DNA of 64,000 nt. It comes from Trueperaceae bacterium. Lineage in GTDB: Bacteria > Deinococcota > Deinococci > Deinococcales > Trueperaceae. Under the pieces are notes generated by a model. The model did no database searches and had not been told where the DNA came from. It saw only the letters and a program-made list of their open reading frames with translations. The stretch covers positions 1,376,001-1,440,000 of the forward strand of contig JAXHLW010000013.1 of NCBI GenBank assembly GCA_034521815.1, written 5' to 3'. Positions 59,783 through 64,000 of this stretch are shown piece by piece; position 1 is the first letter of the stretch, and each line of letters begins with the position of its first letter. Made by a program: the position numbers and the translations under genes.

Positions 59783-61044
59783 ATGACCAAGCAGAAGACG
59801 TTCAAGAAGCGCGTGCGCGCACGGATGGACAAGACCGGCGAGCGGTACGCCGCCGCGCGCCGCCGCCTCCTGCCCGAGGTAAGCGACGGGGACGGCACGG
59901 ACCGCTCGACCAGCGGCGGTGTCCATCCCGCCACGACGGCCTTCCGGCTACTGCTCGACCACGCGGGACACGACCTCTCGGAGGCGTCGCTGCTCGTCGC
60001 AGGTGGAGGCGTCGGCATCGGCGTGTTCGCGTTCCACTACCCGGAGTTCTCGACGCTGTTCCTCGCCGGGCGGCATCTGTGGCACGACGACCTGGCGTTC
60101 TTGCAGGGCTTGGCCGAACGACTGGGCGCGACGCTCGACGTGCGCCGAGACCGGCGGCGCGAAGAAGGCCCGCACCGACCTCCTCGAGATGGTCGAGCGG
60201 GGACCGGTCGTGGCGTTCGTCGACCTCGGCACGCTGGGGCACCGCGGCGGGGTCGAGGCGTACTACGTCGTCGTCGTGCTGGACGTGGACGTCGAGACGG
60301 GCACCGCCCGGATCGCCGACCTGGCCGCGCAGCCGATCGACGTTCCGCTGGACACGCTGATGGCGGCACGCGCCCAAGCACCGCGGATTCGAGGACCCGG
60401 CTGCTGCGCCTCGACACCGCACCCGACGCGATCGACGTCGCGGCTGCCGCCCGCGCGGGCATCCGCGCTTGCATCGACGGCTTCGACGATCCACCCATGC
60501 GTGGCAGCAACTTCCGCGTGGACGGGCTCGACGCCCTCGCCAAACGCATGCGCGGTGGCGGCGAGGACGCGTGGAGCGAGGTGTTCCCCCTGGACCGCGT
60601 CTCTGGGCCGCCCTCGGGTCGTTCTACGAGTACGTCCAGCACTACGGCAGCGGAGGCGGACTGATGCGGACGTTCTATGCCGAGGCGCTGCGGGAGAACG
60701 GCGCGACCATCGACCTGGACGTCGGGGCTGCCGCCGACGCCTACGCGGCGCTCGGGGCGGCCTGGTCGGACGCCGCTCGCGCCTGCCTCCCTGACGACGT
60801 GCCCGAGCTCGCTGCGCTCGCTGCGACGATCGACGAGATCTACGACGTGTACCTGGCGCGCGGGACCGACGCGAACGAGGAGCTGGAAGCGCTGCGGGCG
60901 CGGCGGTCCGAGATCGACCAGGGCCCGTTCCCGCTGTCCGTGGCCGCGACGAGCGAGCTGGTGCACGAGCTCGCCGATCGGGTGGACGCCCTGGCGAGCC
61001 TCGAGCGGGAGGCGGTCGAGACGCTCCGGGATATCGGCGCCTGA
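59783..61044 (+). CDS. Basic N-terminal KTGERY module fused to a BtrH_N/DUF4872-like domain (at least three frameshifts)
   Basis: MTKQKTFKKRVRARMDKTGERYAAARRRLL; HPATTAF...LSEASLLVAGGG; GSGGGLMRTFYAEAL. The pieces lie in three frames with breaks at about 60145, 60380 and 60590. Confidence 0.7.
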
Positions 61045-61080
61045 CGCTGCGGAACATGCAGAGAGCCGGCTCGGGAGCCT

Positions 61081-61874
61081 TCACGTTGGCGACGTAGGTC
61101 GGCGATGGGCGTGACCACCGGCGCCGGTGGTCACGCCAGACGTGGCAGCGATCAGGCTCTCCTTGCCGCGGATCGTCGCGCCCCGGATCAGCGCGCTGTA
61201 GGCCAGGGTGACGACGGCGATCACCACCACGGCCAGCGCCGCCCGGGTGGTCGGCGCAATCCACGCGCCCCGTTCGCCGAACAGGTAGATCACGGCGACG
61301 GCAGGCGCCCCCACCGTCATGAGCGAAACGAGGGAGCCCCACCACGGCCCGCCTCGGTAGTAGGCGATCGCGGCGAGCACGCCGAGCGAGGCCATCGCGA
61401 AGAAGCGCAGGAACGCCTCGAACATCAAGGAGCCTATCGAGGCGGTGCGAGGGGCCAGCGTCCCCTCCGCGTCGTGCGTCCAGCCGTACGCGTCCAAGAC
61501 CAACTGACTCGACGACGAGCCCGACCGGCACCAAGAGCGCCAGCAGGGCGGCAGCAGCCATCATCGTCCAGCCGAGCGCGGCCGCGAGGCTCCGCCTCGT
61601 CATGCCGTGCGCCACGTGGACGGGCAGGTGCTGCTTGGTGAGCGCGGCGCCCATGACGAACAGGAACCAGGCAGGCGCGTTGACGGCGACGCCCATCGCC
61701 ACGTCGCTGCCGTCGGCTTCCCGCCAGAACGCGAACGATCGCGTAGAGAAGGACCGGGGCCGTGATCACGATCGGGGCGAACCAGACCAGCACCTTGCCG
61801 AGCGACCTCGTCAGGACAGCGACGGCGACGGGTAGCGGGGTCGGACGGGGCTCGCGCGACGGTGTGGAGGTCAT
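61081..61874 (-). CDS. ABC-2-type permease-like membrane protein (two frameshifts at about 61500 and 61710)
   Basis: Hydrophobic fragments in three frames, coupled to the ABC ATPase gene. Confidence 0.6.
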
Positions 61875-62752
61875 GCGGCATCCCTTCCGGGCTCCGTGAG
61901 GTGGACGAACAGGTCCTGCAGCGAGACCGAGCCGAGCGTGAGGCCGAGCTCGCCGGCGCGGCGTCGGCCGGCGTCGTCGAGGTGGCCGTGCAGCGTCACC
62001 GCCGCCGTGCGACCGAGAACCTGTCTGCGCAGCACTGTGGTACCCGCCACGAAGGCGTCCACTCGGTCCGCCGGTCCCGTCACGGTCACGCCCTGGGCGG
62101 CGAGCGCGTCGGCCGCGTCGGCGACGAGGAGCCTGCCGCGGTCGAGGATCACCACGTGCTCGAACAGCCGCTCGATCTCCTCGATCAGATGGCTCGACAG
62201 GACGACGGTGCGCGGGTGGGCCATGTAGTCGGCGAGGAGCTCGTCGTAGAACGCGTAGCGTGTCGGAGCGTCCATCCCCAGGTAGACCTCGTCGAACAGG
62301 GTCAGCGGCGCGCGAGACGCCAATCCGATCGCGGCGCCGAGCGCCGAGCGTTGACCGCGCGACAGCGCGCTCACCGAAGCCTTGCGCGGCAGCTCGAAGA
62401 GGTCCACGAGCCGACGCGCGAACGCTTCGTCCCAGCCCGCACGTGTGCGCGAGGCGTAGCGCAGCGCGGCGTCGACCCGGTCGTCGAGCACGTCGCCCCC
62501 TTCGCGCACGAGGCAGATGCCCGCCATCACACGGGCGTTCTCGAACGGCGGCTCGCCGTCGACGAGCACGCGACCGGACGTGGGACGCCGGAACGCCGCG
62601 ACGGTGGACAGCAACGTGGTCTTGCCCGATCCGTTGCGGCCGAGAAGGCCACAGATCGTGCCGGGCTCGACGCGGAAGCCGACCCCGTCGAGCGCGCGGG
62701 TGGCGCCGAAGCGCACGCCCAGGTCCTGGACCTCGAACCCGAAGGGCCTCAC
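61871..62752 (-). CDS. ABC transporter ATP-binding protein (YtrB-like)
   Basis: GRNGSGKT, LSRGQ, FDEVYLGMD and SSHLIEE. Confidence 0.9.
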   Translation of the reverse strand: MRPFGFEVQDLGVRFGATRALDGVGFRVEPGTICGLLGRNGSGKTTLLSTVAAFRRPTSGRVLVDGEPPFENARVMAGICLVREGGDVLDDRVDAALRYASRTRAGWDEAFARRLVDLFELPRKASVSALSRGQRSALGAAIGLASRAPLTLFDEVYLGMDAPTRYAFYDELLADYMAHPRTVVLSSHLIEEIERLFEHVVILDRGRLLVADAADALAAQGVTVTGPADRVDAFVAGTTVLRRQVLGRTAAVTLHGHLDDAGRRRAGELGLTLGSVSLQDLFVHLTEPGRDAA

Positions 62753-63123
62753 GCTACCTCGTCCTCCGGCCGCGCGCTGGCATCGAGATGGGAGCGCAGC
62801 TCGGCGATGGGGACGCCGATGCGGCGCGCCTCCTCGATCGCCGGGTCGAGCACCTCCTCGAAGAAGCGGGCGCGCCGAGCCTCCCTCAGACGCTCGCGGG
62901 CGCCTGGGGCCACGAACATGCCGACGCCGCGCCGCTTGTAGAGCACGCCTTCGGCGACGAGCTCCGCGAACGCCTTCGCCGCGGTGGCCGGATTGATCCT
63001 GAACTCGCTAGCGTACTGGTTCGTCGACATCACGGGCTCGTCCTCCAGGAGGGTGCCGGCGACCACGTCCTGCCGGATCTGGTCGGCGATTTGTCGGTAG
63101 ATGGGGTCACGACCGTCGAACAC
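62749..63123 (-). CDS. GntR-family regulator, YtrA subfamily
   Basis: PIYRQIA, INPATAAKA and KRRGVGMFV; 124 aa. Confidence 0.92.
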   Translation of the reverse strand: MFDGRDPIYRQIADQIRQDVVAGTLLEDEPVMSTNQYASEFRINPATAAKAFAELVAEGVLYKRRGVGMFVAPGARERLREARRARFFEEVLDPAIEEARRIGVPIAELRSHLDASARPEDEVA

Positions 63124-63168
63124 GGTCGGCCCGTCGGCGGGGATGGGTGGGTCGTCGCTTGGCGCATG

Positions 63169-63213
63169 GGTTCATTACTTCACTAATTAACCATGGAAGG
63201 CCCGCGACGTCAA
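63169..63213 (-). promoter_or_regulatory. YtrA-type operator GGTTCATTA-N6-TAATTAACC (63169-63192) overlapping the promoter (-35 TTGACG at 63213-63208)
   Basis: AT-rich inverted repeat with one mismatch upstream of the GntR gene. Confidence 0.75.
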
Positions 63214-63395
63214 GTCCTAGGCATCGAGCCCCTGGCGGATCGGCGCCCAGCACCCAACCCACTCGGTCGCCTGCGGTACGGAGGCGAGCAGCGCCGCGCG
63301 CGACGCACCATCCCCAGCGGCTCCGGAACCCAGCGTGGCCGGCCGCGCTAGGCGGCCGGCCACGAAGTGTCGGCGACGTCGTCAGGGGTCGGTGC

Positions 63396-64000
63396 TCAGT
63401 ACGTCGCTTCGAGCGTGAACTCGCCGCGGATGTCGGAGCCGTCATCGATCACGACGCGAACGGTCTTCTCCGTACCGTCCAGCGTGCCGCGGTAGGTGAC
63501 GACCCAGCCGCCGGCGGAGGTAGCGATCGGCAGCTCCGTCAGATCGAACGCGCTGAATCCGTCCCAATCGAAGAAGGTGCCGCCGGTGCCTTCCGCGCCC
63601 GTGAACACCTTCATGTTCTCGCCGCAGGTGACGCTCCCCGGGGCCCGACCACGTGGACCGTCGAGTTCCCGCTCAGGTCGCTCAGCAGGTCGTCGGTCGC
63701 GGGCGGAGCCCAGCCTTCCCAGCCTGCGTAGCTCGAGAACTCGGACTCGAACGTGGTGTCGGTGTGCGAACAGACGTCGGTGACGACGATCAGGGTCTTC
63801 TGCGCGCCCGCGCGCCAGTCCAGGTCGGTGGCCGCGAAGTCCAGCGCCCCGATCGCGTTCTCCGGATTGTCGCCACCGCCGCGCGGGGAGTCGTCGGTGA
63901 CGAAGGTCTGGAACGCATCGTAGTCGTCGGTCAACGGGAGCGTCGGCCGGACGTTGCCGTCGAAGGTGGGCGGGGTCCGATCTTCCAGCGAGGTGCCGCG
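63396..64000 (-). CDS. VWA-domain protein, C-terminal part (5' end beyond window; frameshift at about 63640)
   Basis: GGGDNPENAIGAL...LDWRAGAQKTLIVVTD; continues into ORF 63396-63614 if one base is removed from CCCCGGGG. Confidence 0.65.
   Translation of the reverse strand, partial: RHLAGRSDPAHLRRQRPADAPVDRRLRCVPDLRHRRLPARRWRQSGERDRGAGLRGHRPGLARGRAEDPDRRHRRLFAHRHHVRVRVLELRRLGRLGSARDRRPAERPERELDGPRGRAPGSVTCGENMKVFTGAEGTGGTFFDWDGFSAFDLTELPIATSAGGWVVTYRGTLDGTEKTVRVVIDDGSDIRGEFTLEATY

Noticed and set aside
1-64000. Prophage, IS elements, integrases, defence systems, tRNA and rRNA genes
   Set aside because: No recognisable motifs were seen by eye; tRNAscan-SE, ISEScan and DefenseFinder would confirm.

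Overview
A very GC-rich bacterial chromosomal segment, most likely Deinococcota and Truepera-like. This is inferred from an AbxC-type TCHKT bacilliredoxin, a Thermus/Deinococcus-type non-discriminating AspRS, the futalosine menaquinone genes, and many leaderless genes with TANNNT 6-7 nt before the start codon. Recognisable content: a TPP riboswitch and a split thiamine uptake/activation locus; a phosphorylase-kinase-like GH15 gene; a LacI-controlled glycosylglycerate (compatible solute) uptake and catabolism operon; Met gamma-lyase; aspS2; tdk; hslVU; glgX; mqnEA; sucAB/lpdA; a Cys-rich GAF two-component system; and a YtrA-type ABC operon. There is also an uncharacterised cell-surface cluster with a giant EPND-repeat/discoidin/double-VWA protein and two paralogous catalytically dead transglutaminase-like proteins that have variable Cys/Gly-rich C-terminal tails. 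About a dozen genes carry 1-2 nt frame breaks, most simply explained as assembly errors. The best candidates for undescribed biology are: (1) a leaderless Asn/Asp leader-peptide transcription attenuator upstream of aspS2; (2) a roughly 170-nt kissing-loop RNA leader directly before a protein that starts with a basic MTKQKTFKKRVRARMDKTGERY module; (3) the dead-TGase/variable-tail plus VWA surface system; (4) a free-standing roughly 47-nt sRNA with its own promoter and terminator. No CRISPR array, rRNA, tRNA or transposase was seen. All calls come from reading the sequence by eye; no database search or folding program was run.
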